Assembly (NCBI GenBank): GCA_020536535.1
Contig: JAHLWZ010000306.1
Span: 1 to 64,000 of the forward strand
Length of the DNA stretch: 64,000 nucleotides
Reading direction: 5' to 3'
From: Pelomyxa schiedti
Taxonomy: Eukaryota; Protista; Evosea
In this document: positions 27,301 through 39,932 of the stretch, one piece after another
How the letters are laid out: every line of letters begins with the position of its first letter
Position numbering within the stretch: position 1 is the stretch's first letter
Translations under genes and position numbers: made by a program
Notes under the pieces: model-generated
What the model saw: only the letters and a program-made list of their open reading frames with translations
The model's database searches: none
What the model was told of the DNA's origin: nothing

Positions 27301-30300
27301 GCCATTTTTTAACAGTTTTTGTTTTTTACTAGACTAGGTTCCAGGTAGCTGGGTTATGGTTGATAAAATTCTTTCGGAGAAGAGGAAAGCCAAGCAAGTT
27401 CTGCACTGGGATGAATTTCGCACAATATGCACAGAATTGAAAATATCCCCTGAAGATATTCTTCCAGTATGGGAAGCTGAATAAGAAGGGTGCATCTCAC
27501 CTCTTCACAGGCAGCCAGATTTCTACATGGAGTAGGGTCTCTCTTACATTTCGAGAGCACCGACTCCAAACTGGGGGATGTAGTCATACTTGATCCTGAA
27601 TTTCTTGCCGGTTCCAATTTTGTCTTTTCCGTCATTATATTCTGATTCCGCTAGGGGTCATGTCAACAATTGTCACATTCAAGACTACTATGATCACTCA
27701 TGGTTGTTTATCCAAGGAGGCGTTATTGCAAATATGGCATTCATATAGTCCTGATGATCACCCCTTCTTGATAGACTTGCTAAACATGTTTCTGATAATG
27801 ATGCCTGTTAAGATGCCAGATGGGCAAGAATGTTTCTTGATACCATGGTACCACTGGTTTTTCTTTTTTCATCTTAATTTCTCCCCAGTGTTTTACCTAC
27901 CTCTGAACCAGTGGAGGCTCGCGAGATCTGGGAAGAGGTAGTCTCTCCATCACAGATTGAATATGGTACAATATGAAAAAAAAAATATTTAATACTCACG
28001 TTTCATGGAACAAAAAAGAGAGAACTTTCATTTTTGGGAGTCTACCAATTGGACTTTTTGGCCGGATCTTATTGCAAATTTTGCACATGCCAGTAATCAA
28101 AAGGAGGGCTATTTGGCAAGATAATGCCAGAATCGAGGCAGTTCCCCCTTGTGGTAATATCCCTTACTTAAGGAAATGTTTTTACTTTCTGGGGAAAAAG
28201 ATTCCAGAGGTCAATTTGGTAGTGTGACCTTTGATTGTACATCGGGTTTTACACCCTGCCTGCGAGTGAGCGTCAGAGCCCCAAAGGAAGCCGTTTGTGC
28301 AAACTTTTTTGCCATTTCCAACTGACAACACAAAGAAACCTTGGCTCCTTATGCAGCTCATGGACTGTGTTGCAACAACTTTGGACTGCTTCTACGGGTA
28401 TTAACTCTAAGTACTCTTTCAGTGTACTGAAGATTACCAAGTATTCATCAGCTGAATATGCAACGATTGATTACTTGCAACCATTGTCCACCACCAACTT
28501 CTCCCTCAATTCCTCTTCCTCATCAATTCTCCTACAATGAAATCGCTGTTGCAATTTCCAAAAAGACAACACTAATGTGTCCTGTAATATGCCTCCTCAT
28601 GTATTCTTTCCTGAGTCAACAACTTAGATTGAAAAAAAAGAGATTCATCTTTGTGCACTTGTTCCCGAGCTAATTGTACCAACCAATTTTACTATCACAG
28701 CTGAAGAAATATCGGACGTCGTTCCAATAGCTGAAGGTTGTTTCTCTGTATTGTGCCTTTCTAACTAATATCAAACAACAGGTGGGTATGGAAAAATATA
28801 CAAAGGTATTACCTCTGCTACATCATTTTAAATTTAAGTAATATAAATAGGACAAATGGACAGTAGACAAGTTGTTTTAAAGGAACTGAAGCTTTGTTCT
28901 GCAGAACAAACAGCAGAAAAATTTTCTGAATTTCATCAGGAAGCAACAATTATGAGGTTTTCTTTCACATTTCCTAAAAAATCTCACACTGCTCGTAGTC
29001 TGTTGGATAGTCCTTATATTGTTCGCCTGTATGGTGTGTGCATGTCACCTCTAATGATGGTTATGGAATATGTCCCGCTTGGTGATCTGTACAAACTCAT
29101 TCACACACTACTTGAAACCAAGCCAAGAGATCATAAACTGCTTCTACGTTCTACAAGTAAACCAGAGTTGGCTCGAGACCGGCGACACAGAATGAGCTAT
29201 GGGGGTGGGCTCCTTGCTAGTCACAGTGCTTTGGCTAGCCATAGTGCTTTGGCTAGCCACAGTGCTTTGGCAAGCTGTGAGGCAGCGCCAGTCCCTGAGA
29301 GTGGAAGCGGTTTTGCATCCAACGATGGCAGTAGCAACAGCAGTGGCAGCAGTACAAAGCGAGAAGATGCACAACGGTCACCCCTGAACACATCTCGCGC
29401 ACATGCTTTACATGCCCTTCCAGAAGGGGAAGAAAACTTTAAAACCCAAATGAGGTGACGTGCTAGTCTTATCTGTCCTGTGTAGTAAATTGAAACAGTT
29501 GGAGGATGAAGCTGCTGATTGCACTTGATGTTGCTAAAGGACTATGCTATTTGCATGGTCTTCACCCTCCCGTAGTTCACAGGTGGGAGCATTTTTGCCT
29601 CAAAAAATCCTCTTACAGCTAAATAGGGACCTTCGTAGTGCCAATATTTTTGTGTGTTCCTTTGCACACTTGATTATCTTCTCAACATTTCTTAGATTCA
29701 AACCCTTGACACAGAGGCACCAGTCAGAGCCCAACTCGCAGATTGTATGTAGCGTTCAGGTGAAAAGATTTCTCTAATCCTTCACCACTCAGTTGGACTC
29801 AGTATAAAAGCTGCTGGTAAAGTAGCGGGGAAGTTACGGTCCTGGCAAGTAATCCTTCGCCTTCGCGTAATTGAAATATGAACCATTTTCCTCAGTGGCT
29901 TGCCCCTGAGATTCTTGACTCCAGGATTGAGACTTATGATGAGCAGTCTGATATCTTCAGTTTTGCCGTACATTACCTAATTCCATTTGAATATTGACCT
30001 GGAATAGATTTTGCTATTTGAAATAACATCCCGGCAGCACCCTTATGACGGTATTCCAATAAAACAAATATGATCAAGTAACACCAGAAAAAAGAATACT
30101 ATGCCCTTCCTCAGTACTCTACTACGAAAATGGAATGGCGGGATGTCAACATGAAAGTAGCAATTTCACAAGAGAATCTCAGACCCACAGTTCCTCGAAA
30201 CGTGCCAAGGTATCTTAAGAATAGTAATTCCATGTACAAATCTTCATAGGAAAGTGAGGCATTTGATTGAGAGGTGTTGGAGAACAGTCCCCAACACAAG

Positions 30301-31700
30301 GCCCACTGCACAACAGGTTGTGGAAAAACTTGAAGCAATATTAGGAATCTCCCGAGGACAGGACGAACTGCCTAGTGCTGACGTCGGGCCATGTGCGAAA
30401 TTTTATTCTCACACGGTCTTACTATCAATAGTGAATCTTCCTGAGCCAACACGTTGTTGGGAAATACCTCTGGAAGCCAAAATCTGGAGTTTCACGGAAG
30501 CTACCACCAGGCAGCATTTATGGGTACCAAGTTATTCTCAGCTTGTTGCTTACTAACCGTAATTAGGTAGGGTGTGCAGATGGAACAGCACGTCGTCTCG
30601 AATGGAAGTCGGGCATTTTTGACCTGACAGTACCTGCACATGACCGGAAAACCAGAATTCACGGCTTTGCCAATGCCAATGGGGAGCTGTGGGTGAGTTC
30701 TGACTTTGGGACCATTTCAGTGTTCAGTCCCGAGGTTCCTAAAATTTTGTATCTTTACCCTTTAATTTCTTTCACAGTCCAAGCATCCCCTTATTATTCA
30801 CGCTCATGGTGAAAAGCATAGTATTGCCTGTCTTTTAACTGTGCTTCATAAAAAAAATACCCCAGCAGTATGGAGTGCGTCATCAACAGAATCTGCAATT
30901 GTAGAAATCAATTCCCAAGTGTGCACTTTCAGCTCAAGGAACTGAACTAACTGAGTCAGCAGACAAAAACAATTACCAATAGAGTCTGCTTCGAGCAAGG
31001 ATTAATACTCAATTCCATGGTCCAGCACCGTAAACTTGTATGGGTTGCGTGCACAAGGCGCATTCTCATTTTAGATTCTAAAACCATGTCCACCTTTCGA
31101 GTACTTTCAAAATGTAATAAATACTGGTACTTGTGTCTCTAACTCTTTCCCAGTGCCTGTAATGAGTAGGTATTCTTGTGCTACTGTCATTTCCGATCGA
31201 GTCTGGTTGGTTGCACAAGATAAAATATGCATATTTGATAGCATGTATATGGTGTCGTGTCACGACATTATCGTGATAATACTCACTCTACTACAAAAGA
31301 ACTGTGTGGCAACATTAAGTGGACATGAAACTGATATAACGGCTCTCACTCCTTGTGCCGGGTGAGCCTCCTAAGAAATCCCTTTACAATCCTTATTGAT
31401 TCCGCAGAGCTGTGATTTCAGCGGACTCACAGGGAGTCATTCATGTTTGGGATCCAAGAAGTTATATGTCTCTCAGGAAAATAACACTACCAAATGCATG
31501 TTTCATCAATGCCTTGCACGCCTGTAATGAAAAGTACTGATTCACATGGATCTACCAACTTCTAATAAATCCCAAGCTCATTTCTCTGCTCTACAGTGCA
31601 TCCCGACTCCCTGTTAATCTGTTTTTCTTTTTGAAAGTACGTACCCACTCCCTCACTGACACAATAACACCAAAAAGATTTTGGGCAGATCCCAAATGTA
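24361..31700 (+). CDS. Roco protein kinase: degenerate Rho-like domain + LRR + ROC + COR + TKL kinase + beta-propeller; both ends approximate
   Basis: LRR LTTLDLSHNFLTELP; ROC KVKLVLVGP-ENVGKTT, W-DFGGQ, THQ-FFLTGRALYL, ILVGTRADK; COR FLHGVGSLLHF..VILDP, LPIGLFGR; kinase FSEFHQEATIM, HR-DLRSAN, AD-FGLS, WLAPE; WD-like GHETDITAL...DSQGVIHVWD. Confidence 0.88.
29216..29275 (+). repeat. 18-bp coding tandem repeat, (ASHSAL)x3, in the Roco kinase insert
   Basis: gctagYcaYagtgctttg x3, followed by gcaagc. Confidence 0.9.
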
Positions 31701-32198
31701 CAAACCCTGTACAAACAGCCAAATGTACAAATCTCTTTTCTTTCCATGCAAACCAATTTCTTGAATCCTTGTATTCCAGAGTGCTTATTCAGCACTTTGC
31801 CAGTCAATACAATAAAAAGAAAAAAAAAAAAAGATGGCCTCATGGCCGGCAATTGTGTTCCTTCTGTCCCGGGGCTCCCTCCCAGAAAGGAAGGAGTTAG
31901 CGCTGAGTGCTTGAGAACTTAAGGTAGCCATGCCTCGTCATTCTCAAACGCTCGCCACTAATTAGGTGGTCAATTTATTACCTTTGGAGAGTCATAGTTT
32001 GGGTTTTGGATTCGATGTAGCACGGCAACATGGAACCAAAGAAACACAACGCACAGACCACAAGGCCATTGACTAGCCCGGTTCTTCCTTCGTTTATTGG
32101 CAAAAAACAATTCCCACGCGAACTTGTGGGTCGGAAATTGGAAGAAGGAAAAAAAAGCAAAAAAAATGTTGGGTTTGGGCTGTTGTTAGTTGCGGTCT

Positions 32199-33057
32199 TC
32201 AGAAGAAATGACCGTCCATTTCCTTTCCGTCACTCTCTTCTCCAGAGTCATCACTGTCCTTTTCATCATGATCACCTCTGGCTATTGAGAGAAGTTCGGC
32301 AATTTCCGGTGCTTCTTCTAGTGTTTTCTTTCTGGCACCCTCCAACTCCACTCGCTTTCTTACTGGGCCAGTCTCAACCTCTTTTTCTTTCTTCTTCCTC
32401 TGTGCTAGCAACTCACCTCGTCTTTGCAGTGTATTTTTTACAGTGCGGACTTGCTTTTTTTTCTGGCTTGTAGTTCTTACAGATTCAAAAGTTGCAGGTG
32501 GTACATTAACAAGCTCCGTTTTCAATGCTTTTGAAATAACCTAAAATCCCTTGGACATCAACAAAACAAAAGAAGAAGTAAATACCTTGGTGGATGATAC
32601 ACGTGGTACTCCTGAAAATTGTGTTTGTAGGAAGTTTGATGCTGCCTCATCAGGAGAGGTCGAAACCAGTGCGGTAGGGGTTGCAGTGTATGCTTGCATT
32701 ACCAACGGTCTCCCACTAGCCCAATGATAAGAGCTAGGTGAAATTGAAGAGAAATTCCAGAAACCTTTTTGCGGGTGGTGCCTTTGGGGGTATGGATGAC
32801 TTGGATTTGTCTTTTTTGGTCTTTGGCTTTTGCTTCGGTTTAGCTTTGTGGGTGTCACTCCACAATACAAAAATATAGCATAATACCTACAGCTCCCATT
32901 ACCGTCGTTTTGTACAGTTTTCAACCTTGTTTTAAGACGTAAGACAGTGAACAAAAAAAAAAAAAAAACCCCAAAAACAACAAACAACTACGAACAAGGA
33001 AGCAAAGGCATTCAGTGATTTATCAGACAACGCCGTACTCCCACTCGCCCTGCTCAT
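32199..33057 (-). CDS. Hypothetical basic/acidic protein, multi-exon
   Basis: ATG at 33057 after an A-rich leader; GT-AG introns join ORFs 32932-33123, 32541-32987 and 32199-32525; Lys-rich then acidic C-terminus. Confidence 0.55.
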
Positions 33058-33221
33058 CTTAATTTTCGTTTGATTTTTTTGTTTAATTAATCTGGTGGCA
33101 ACTGAAACCCCCACAACATTCAATCCCCCAAGGGACTCCCAGAGTGCCCGTCTCTACGCCATACCAGCCCCTACGTGAGTATAGTCAATATTCCCCAGAC
33201 ACCTTGCTTTGATCGACTCGA

Positions 33222-34110
33222 ATGGGAGCCTCTGAGAGCCGCGAAGGGGCACCGCGCAGAAGGCGAGTGGTGCCCGCTCACCTCGCCCTCGTAAGTGTGT
33301 GCCACCGGCTCTAAAACGACTCGTTTTGAATTCAAAACGCATCACAGGTGGTTTGTGGCTGCAGAGGAGCGGGAAAAACAACTCTGGTGCAACACTTCAT
33401 GTCTCACTCACTTGCTCCTGCCACAGCTGCTGATGTTCCTCCTGCTCCCGCTTCTGGTTCTGGTGCTTCGGATGTTTCGACGGGGGGAAGAGAGGAAAGA
33501 GTGGTTGTGATGGACGATGGATCGAGGTGCAATGTGAGTATCACTTGTGTAGATTATGAGGACTTGGCCGAACTGGCACACAACTTTAATGTATGTTGGG
33601 GTGCACTCAGTTGGGCTGACAACTTCGGAATTCATTTTCACGCATATAATATTAACAATGGAAAACAATGACAGTAATAGCACAACACCATAGAATTATA
33701 AGGCTTTTGTACTTGTTTACGATGCAACATCCTTGAAATCATTTAATGCCCTGGATGCACTTCATGACCAAATCGTACATGACAAAGGCCCGGGAACAGA
33801 ATTACACCTAGTTCTCGTTGGTAACAAGGTATCTTCCATTCCGCGTTACGTTTATTTGCAACATAGTCCGATTTCGTTCCCTTCAAATTCTGACGCGCTC
33901 CTGCATCTCTCTTTCTAACTTTGCTTCTTCAAACCCAATCAACAGAGGGACCTGGAATCGCGAAGGGAAGTATCTACAGATGCAGGAAGGGACCTGGCAA
34001 CGAGGTGGGGCTGTGAACACATCGAAGTTTCAGCCACAACCACTTCAGAAAATGTATTCCGTGCTGCCGTCCTGGCCAGCACCTATGAGGAAATCTTATA
34101 TTTAAAATAG
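33222..34110 (+). CDS. Atypical Ras-like GTPase with predicted N-myristoylation (MGASES)
   Basis: Exon 1 MGASESREG...HLAL, GTAAGT donor at 33291, then VVCGCRGAGKTTL; AFVLVYD, LVLVGNK-RDLES, IEVSA; no CAAX box. Confidence 0.8.
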
Positions 34111-34216
34111 CAGAGGTTTTTTTTTGGGAAATGAATTTTTTTTGTTCAGAAGCATAGGAGACAAGTCCTCACTACCATACCATACCATTGTCTCAAAACC
34201 TTGGTTTTCAGCCATT

Positions 34217-35015
34217 ACTGTTGGTGGTTGTGGAGATGATATTAGTGGTCCATGTTGCAACAAGCCCTGACAACCGCATGCCTTGCAAACCCCACAAGCA
34301 GGGCCACAAGAAATTCACAGAAAAAAAGTTTTCCCTGGCTGACCAAAAACTATCAGTTTACTGGATTTTGGGACCCAAAATTACAGGGTTAAAGACCAAA
34401 AATAGCCAGGAGGAGAATAAAAATAACAATAAGGATGAGACCCATGGCAAGTTTGTGCCTGAGCCACGCGTGGCTGTACCCAGGGCAATGCCATCGTAGG
34501 AAAATATGCTGCGATGTGACTCCAGCTCGTAGCAACATCACAGCGCGGTCATACCAGATGATGAGCCCAACAACAGTCACAATTATTCCAACTCGCTGCA
34601 TGTGAGTCAATTGGCGGATGAGTGGCGGTGTGGTGATTGATTGAATCATGTGGAGGATCGAAGCAAACCAGGGATTTGTGGTTGTCACGTTCCTTCCATA
34701 TGTATTTGGTGAACAGGAATGTTGATGTCAGCATCACAGCAGAAGCTACAGCCACGAAAATCGAGTTCTGTGTCTGCTCATTTGTTTGGTGAGTTGTGAC
34801 TGTTTGAATTTTTCAATTGTTGAAGATACAATTGATCGGAAGAAGCAAATCCACTCCGACGGAAAAGGGATGGCTCCGGCGATAACAATGGCAATCGGGA
34901 ACCAGTAAAAGCTATTCGTCTGCCGGAAGAATGTGAGATTGGGATGAGAAAAAAGAAATTCACCTCAGATGAAAGGGAAAATGCTAAAAGAATGAAGGCA
35001 CTCACAAATGAAAAC
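34217..35015. repeat. Dispersed repeat, copy 2 (probably part of a longer decayed element extending to ~35800)
   Basis: Near-identical to 1-775. Confidence 0.93.
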
Positions 35016-35827
35016 TGTTATTGAAAGTTAGCAGTCTATACAACCTTTTGAGAAAAGGGAACTCACCAACACAGAGGTGGTAATGTAACTCTGGGCCGGT
35101 GGCCAAAGTGCGCAGTTGTTGTCCGTCTCCTTACGTGGAATGCTCAGGCACTTCACAAGCAAGATGAGAATTGGAATAAGACCAACAAGTCCAAGTGGAT
35201 TCCTCAGTGATGCCAACACCTTGGAGTCAGAGCTGTTTTTCTTCATGGCACTCTTTTGTGCAAAGAATCCGAGCCACTGGAATTTCCATGTTTGTGGTAG
35301 TCACTTCACAAAAGAGGAAGTGTGTGAGTGAGTGTGAGGCATACCTGGTAGTGCCAAATGTAACACCACAAGAAGCTTGCCACAACACGTGGAGACCACC
35401 TGTTACTTTCGTGAGAAATTGTTGAGAAGAAAGAGGAAGAAGAACCATTTGTCGTGAATCAATGGATTGAATCTCGGAACATCACCAGTCAGAGGCATGG
35501 GAACCCTCCCCTTTTTCCTCTTCACCCAAAGGAACTTCTCTTTGGAGTTGCCACAAAACTTTTCCGGTGGCGTTATTTGCCATGTTCTCAGTGCTTCCAT
35601 TTCAGTGTCGTTGGCGGTTGCCTTTCTCCACTCGTCTTTTTCCTCATGGGGAATTGTCTCATCCAGATATTTCACAGTGTTTCTCACTGCATCGCGAATT
35701 TCTTCTCTGCACAGAACATATGAACATTTGAGATCAGTGGGGCGGCGAAACGACTGGTTGGAGGGAAAAAAATACATGATGTGAGGAATCCAAACCGAAT
35801 CGTCGGCTGATAATTGCCGGCGCCAAA

Positions 35828-37133
35828 TTATGCACACTTGACTGCACGACAGGCAATCCTTCCAGGACAAAAGGCCCCTCCCACAACCCTGTTCAAAACA
35901 AAGGTTAGAGTTGGAGGGAAGCAGTAATTCAAAGTGGTGGAAGGGGTACACACGCTGTTGAAAGTACACACAATCTTGATAGCCAATGCACTCAGTTGCA
36001 CCTCACCAGAATTCAGTGGCTCTCTGTTTGCGGCTCCCTCTTCAGGTGAAGGTGTCTGTCTTTGATAATACTTGGCCGGCACCTGTTCTTGTTCTCCAAG
36101 TGAAAGTGAGATTGTTTGGTTTGTGAGGTCAAGTTGAAGTTTGGTCTTGTCCTCCAATTCCTCTCCACTTGCTGGAATCGTGACAAGCTCTTCCAAGCTC
36201 ACAGAAGTCTGTTGTGGGCAACCCTCCTGGAGTTGGTTGGGAAAATTATTATGAGGAATATGACTTGTGGAGATTTGTTGCTGGAAACACTTGCCTTGCT
36301 TGCGGAATTGTGATGGAATTCCTCCAGAAACAGAGCAATGTCATGGTGCCCAGTACTCTCAGCAGTCTCACATGGGGTATCACCATATTTATTACGAAGG
36401 GTGGGGTTTGCATTGCCTGTGTCAGTGGTTGTTCAGAGAACAAATGATCTGAAACAAAGTACAGTTTTGAACAAGCACTTTCACAACGTCGAGATGTCCC
36501 TGACTTACAGCCCACATAAGAGGTGTCCTCCAGTGAGTATCTCTGAGATTTACATCGGCATGATACTGCTTGACCAAAAGGTATGCAAGGTATGCATGCC
36601 CACTGTAGTATGGAAAATGAGTTATTGTTGGGAAGAGCTTTGGGCCAGTAACAATAAAAGAATAAAGTGTATACAAGAAGCATGTAAGGTGCAACGGTGA
36701 CATTCCCATCTTCTCAGTTTTCTCATCTGTGATATTTACATCGCAGTGGCACTCGTCAATCAAGTATCTGGTGGTCTTCACATACCCTCTCTTGCACGCA
36801 ATGTGCAAAGGGTATTCACCTATTGGAACTTATTTTTCACAAAAGAGAAACAAGGAAAGGGAGTTGCAAGGCAGGGTACCATCTAGATATGGACGCGTGA
36901 GCCAGGCAGGGTCGCAATGAGTGAGACACCTTAGGAGTGAATCAGGAGCTCTCAGGAATTCCTCGTAGGGCCCAAGCTTGAGCAGTCCCCTCAGCAAGGT
37001 GAGGAGCCTTGGCGAATACGACGAATCCCCCACCGTCGATAGTGGCCCCACTTCCGTCGACGACGCGCCGCTATTCGCTGGTATTGCCGGTGGCGAGGGT
37101 GTATGACACCCGGATGGGGTGTCTATTATGACC
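35828..37133 (-). CDS. Ankyrin-repeat protein, multi-exon; ends uncertain
   Basis: YPLHIACKRGYVKTTRYLIDECHCDVN, SPLHLTC, TPLMWAVSQGHLDVVKVLV, ANPTLRNKYGDTP. Confidence 0.75.
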
Positions 37134-37610
37134 TGTGTACTCGCAGCCAGGATGCGTTCAAGTTCTGGTTTACAATTTGTGGTGTTCTAGAATTCACGAA
37201 CCGACATGGCAGAAACAAAATAAACTCCGGACCGTGGCGTTCAACCAAGTTCCTCAGGAGCAAGGAAAAAGGCTGATTAGAACTAACTACAAGTTCTATT
37301 TGTTGTTCCGGCCTGTTGAAGGTTCTCATTCACTTTACAACAAGTCCTTTGCCTAACCCACAACCTCCAAAGTTTTGGAGTTTCATGCAATCATACACCA
37401 GGTACCACACCCTTTCCAGCACGAACTGCACATCTTTGGTTCTGTTGTGCCATTGTTCTCCAAGTCCAGTCCCCTATACTTGTTTTTGTCATCCAGCCTC
37501 CAGCACCTCACCCAGCCCTGTGACATGCATCCATAATTGCTTTTGCTCTGGTGGGGTGTTACCTTAGGTCATCGCATTCAGTGATTGAATGGCAGTGAAT
37601 GATGGGATCA

Positions 37611-37840
37611 TCAACCTAGGGTCAAAGACAGGCCGACGACCCAGCAGTCGTAGTCATCGTTCCGCATCACCAACCATGTCCTGGTCGTCAACACGTGACG
37701 CGACACGGCCACGAGAACCTCCCTCGCCATAGCCATCGACGCCAATCCCCCTTCCCCTCGATGCCGTTGTGACAGGCACGCGCAGGCAAGTGCTGTCATC
37801 TGTTCGCGGGCCAACGGCCCTAACGTCACAACCATCCCCA
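37611..37840 (-). pseudogene. Truncated or degenerate hypothetical gene
   Basis: GC-rich coding-like ORF (AREQMTALACACL...GLSLTLG) ending at an early stop; downstream frames contain stops. Confidence 0.35.
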
Positions 37841-38007
37841 GCATCGTCGCAGCCGCCAACACCTCACTACACCTCCACGGAACGGAACGGTTTTTCCACG
37901 AAAGCGTCAAGTTTCTTTTTCGAGGCTCCCGCCCAAACTCTTCTTTCTCCTCCACAAACAGTTCCCAGACAGTAATCTTATCGGTAAACGGGCACGCTAA
38001 CGCGCCC

Positions 38008-39832
38008 ATGGACACGATACCCGAGGACGTTGTGCAGTTTATATTGTCACTGGTACTAAGCAGGCCGTGGGCTCTACCTGTCGTTGTTGTCCCCGCTCAA
38101 AATGCCTCGGCCTCGGCGTCTACCTCCACCAGCACCACTACGGACGCAGCGGCTGTGCCCAGGAGCGATGCCGTGGACTACACGGACAAGGCCGCGCGGG
38201 CGGCGGAGCAGCGAGGCCGCGGCGGCGGCGGCGGGACCCCGGCGATGAGCGCAATGCTTGTGGACGAGGTGTCGAGGTACGAGGCGATGATGAGATTCGC
38301 GCTCGTGTGCAGGAAGTGGCACAGAATGGTATGCCTATGGTATGTCATATGATGTCATACGCCATTACATGGCTGTGCTGTGCCGTGGTGTGGAGGTTGT
38401 TGTGTTGTTGTGTGTTGTTGTGTTGTTGTGGTTCGTGTTGACTGGGTTGCTTTGTATCACGTGCCTATATAGTCACGTGACATGCGACTAGGTTTATGCA
38501 CTGAAGGGAGGGCCGCCGGGTTGGCTGGGTGCTTGTGGGAGGGTGACATTGGGGAGAGACCCTGCTGTTGTGCAAGAGTTCAGTGCTTCCTCTATGAGTG
38601 TCATTGCCCACAAAGCTGCCGCTGTGATAAGCTCCCTTCTGCCTGGAAATAACACGAAAACATACAGTGAAATCCCAAAAATCAGTGTTCTAGGTGGTGC
38701 CACTGGGTGGAAATGCAGGCTAAAAAAATATCTGCGTGTTACCGGACATCACGGGAAAGTTTATGCCTGTGCTTGGGGAGGTGATTGCAGCACGTTTGCA
38801 TCCGCCTCACAAGATGGCAAAGTCCTTATTCACGTTTGTTCTTGCCACTCTTCTGCTTTCCTGAATCTAGGAAGTAATTCCTAAATAGAGGCTGGAAAAC
38901 CAAGCAGTGACACTTGAGACTAATATCCATCTCGCCTCTTGCTGGGTGATGTGCTGTGCGCTTTCTCCATCGTGCCAGTTTGCTGCATCTGGTGGTCTTG
39001 ATAGTATGTAGAAACCATCACTACAACTTTCATCACAAGATCTCGTTCAGATGCTGTCACTATTCACCAGAGAGTTGGACAAGCTGGGAAAATTGTCCAG
39101 TCGTTCGGGCAGCACACTGGATATATCTCGTGTATAAAATTTCTCAATGAAAATCGGATCCTGTCATCATCAGGAGATTTTACATGCATGTTGCATGATA
39201 TGGAAACAAACACTTTGGTGGCCACTTTCCAAGATGCCCCCGTGGGTGTTCTTTCATCTCAAACCACCCCTGAAACAAAACTGATTCCATGAGAGGGAGA
39301 TGCAATGTCGATCAGCATAAATCCAGCAAATACAAACATCTTTGCCACTGGTCTATGCAACGCTACTGCCGTGTTGTATGATATTAGATGCCCAACCAAG
39401 GCCATAGCCGTTTTCGCCGGGGCCGATTCAGATATAAACAGTGTGACTATTTCCTCCAATGGAACACTGCTGGGAACTGCATCCGGTATGCCAGATATCA
39501 TAACACTTGCATAGCCCTAATCAGAGTTGAAACTCACAGACGACGGTGGATGCCGAGTGTATGACATCAGGCAGAATGTTCTGGCTAATATCTTTTTGCC
39601 GGACCGGCCCAGTGGCGGCGTCACCTCAGTCGATTTCTCACTGAGCGGTCACTTCATATTCAGTGGGCACGATGACTTCACCGTCTCTGGGTGGAGTGTG
39701 CTTACCGGCCAACCGGTATGGCGTTCCTCAATCGCCCAGAACAGAGTCTCTTGCATATCGATGTGTCCGGATGGATCATCCCTGCTCTCTTGCGCCTGGG
39801 ATACATCACTCTACCTCTACATGGCTCCCTGA
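38008..39832 (+). CDS. F-box-like N-terminus fused to a G-protein beta-type WD40 propeller
   Basis: MDTIPEDVVQFILSLV...RFALVCRKWHRM; G-beta-specific strings GHHGKVYACAW..SASQDGK, SCWVMCCA..ASGGLD, HTGYISC, SSSGDFTC, SDINSV, DDGGCRVYDIR, GVTSVDFSLSG, NRVSC..SCAWD. Confidence 0.85.
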
Positions 39833-39932
39833 ACAAATTACGAAACCATTTCGATAAGTTAAAAAAAAGTCTTCGCTTCATCGTTTATACAAACAAACAC
39901 AAAAAAAGGTGAGGGCTGAGAATCTCCCAGTG

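Noticed and set aside
33235-33312. Apparent H-type pseudoknot enclosed by a 7-bp stem (telomerase-RNA-like)
   Set aside because: It overlaps the GC-rich first coding exon and GTAAGT donor of the MGASES GTPase, and there is no plausible telomeric template.
33322-33339. 18-bp perfect palindrome cgttttgaattcaaaacg
   Set aside because: Single AT-rich intronic instance with no supporting context.
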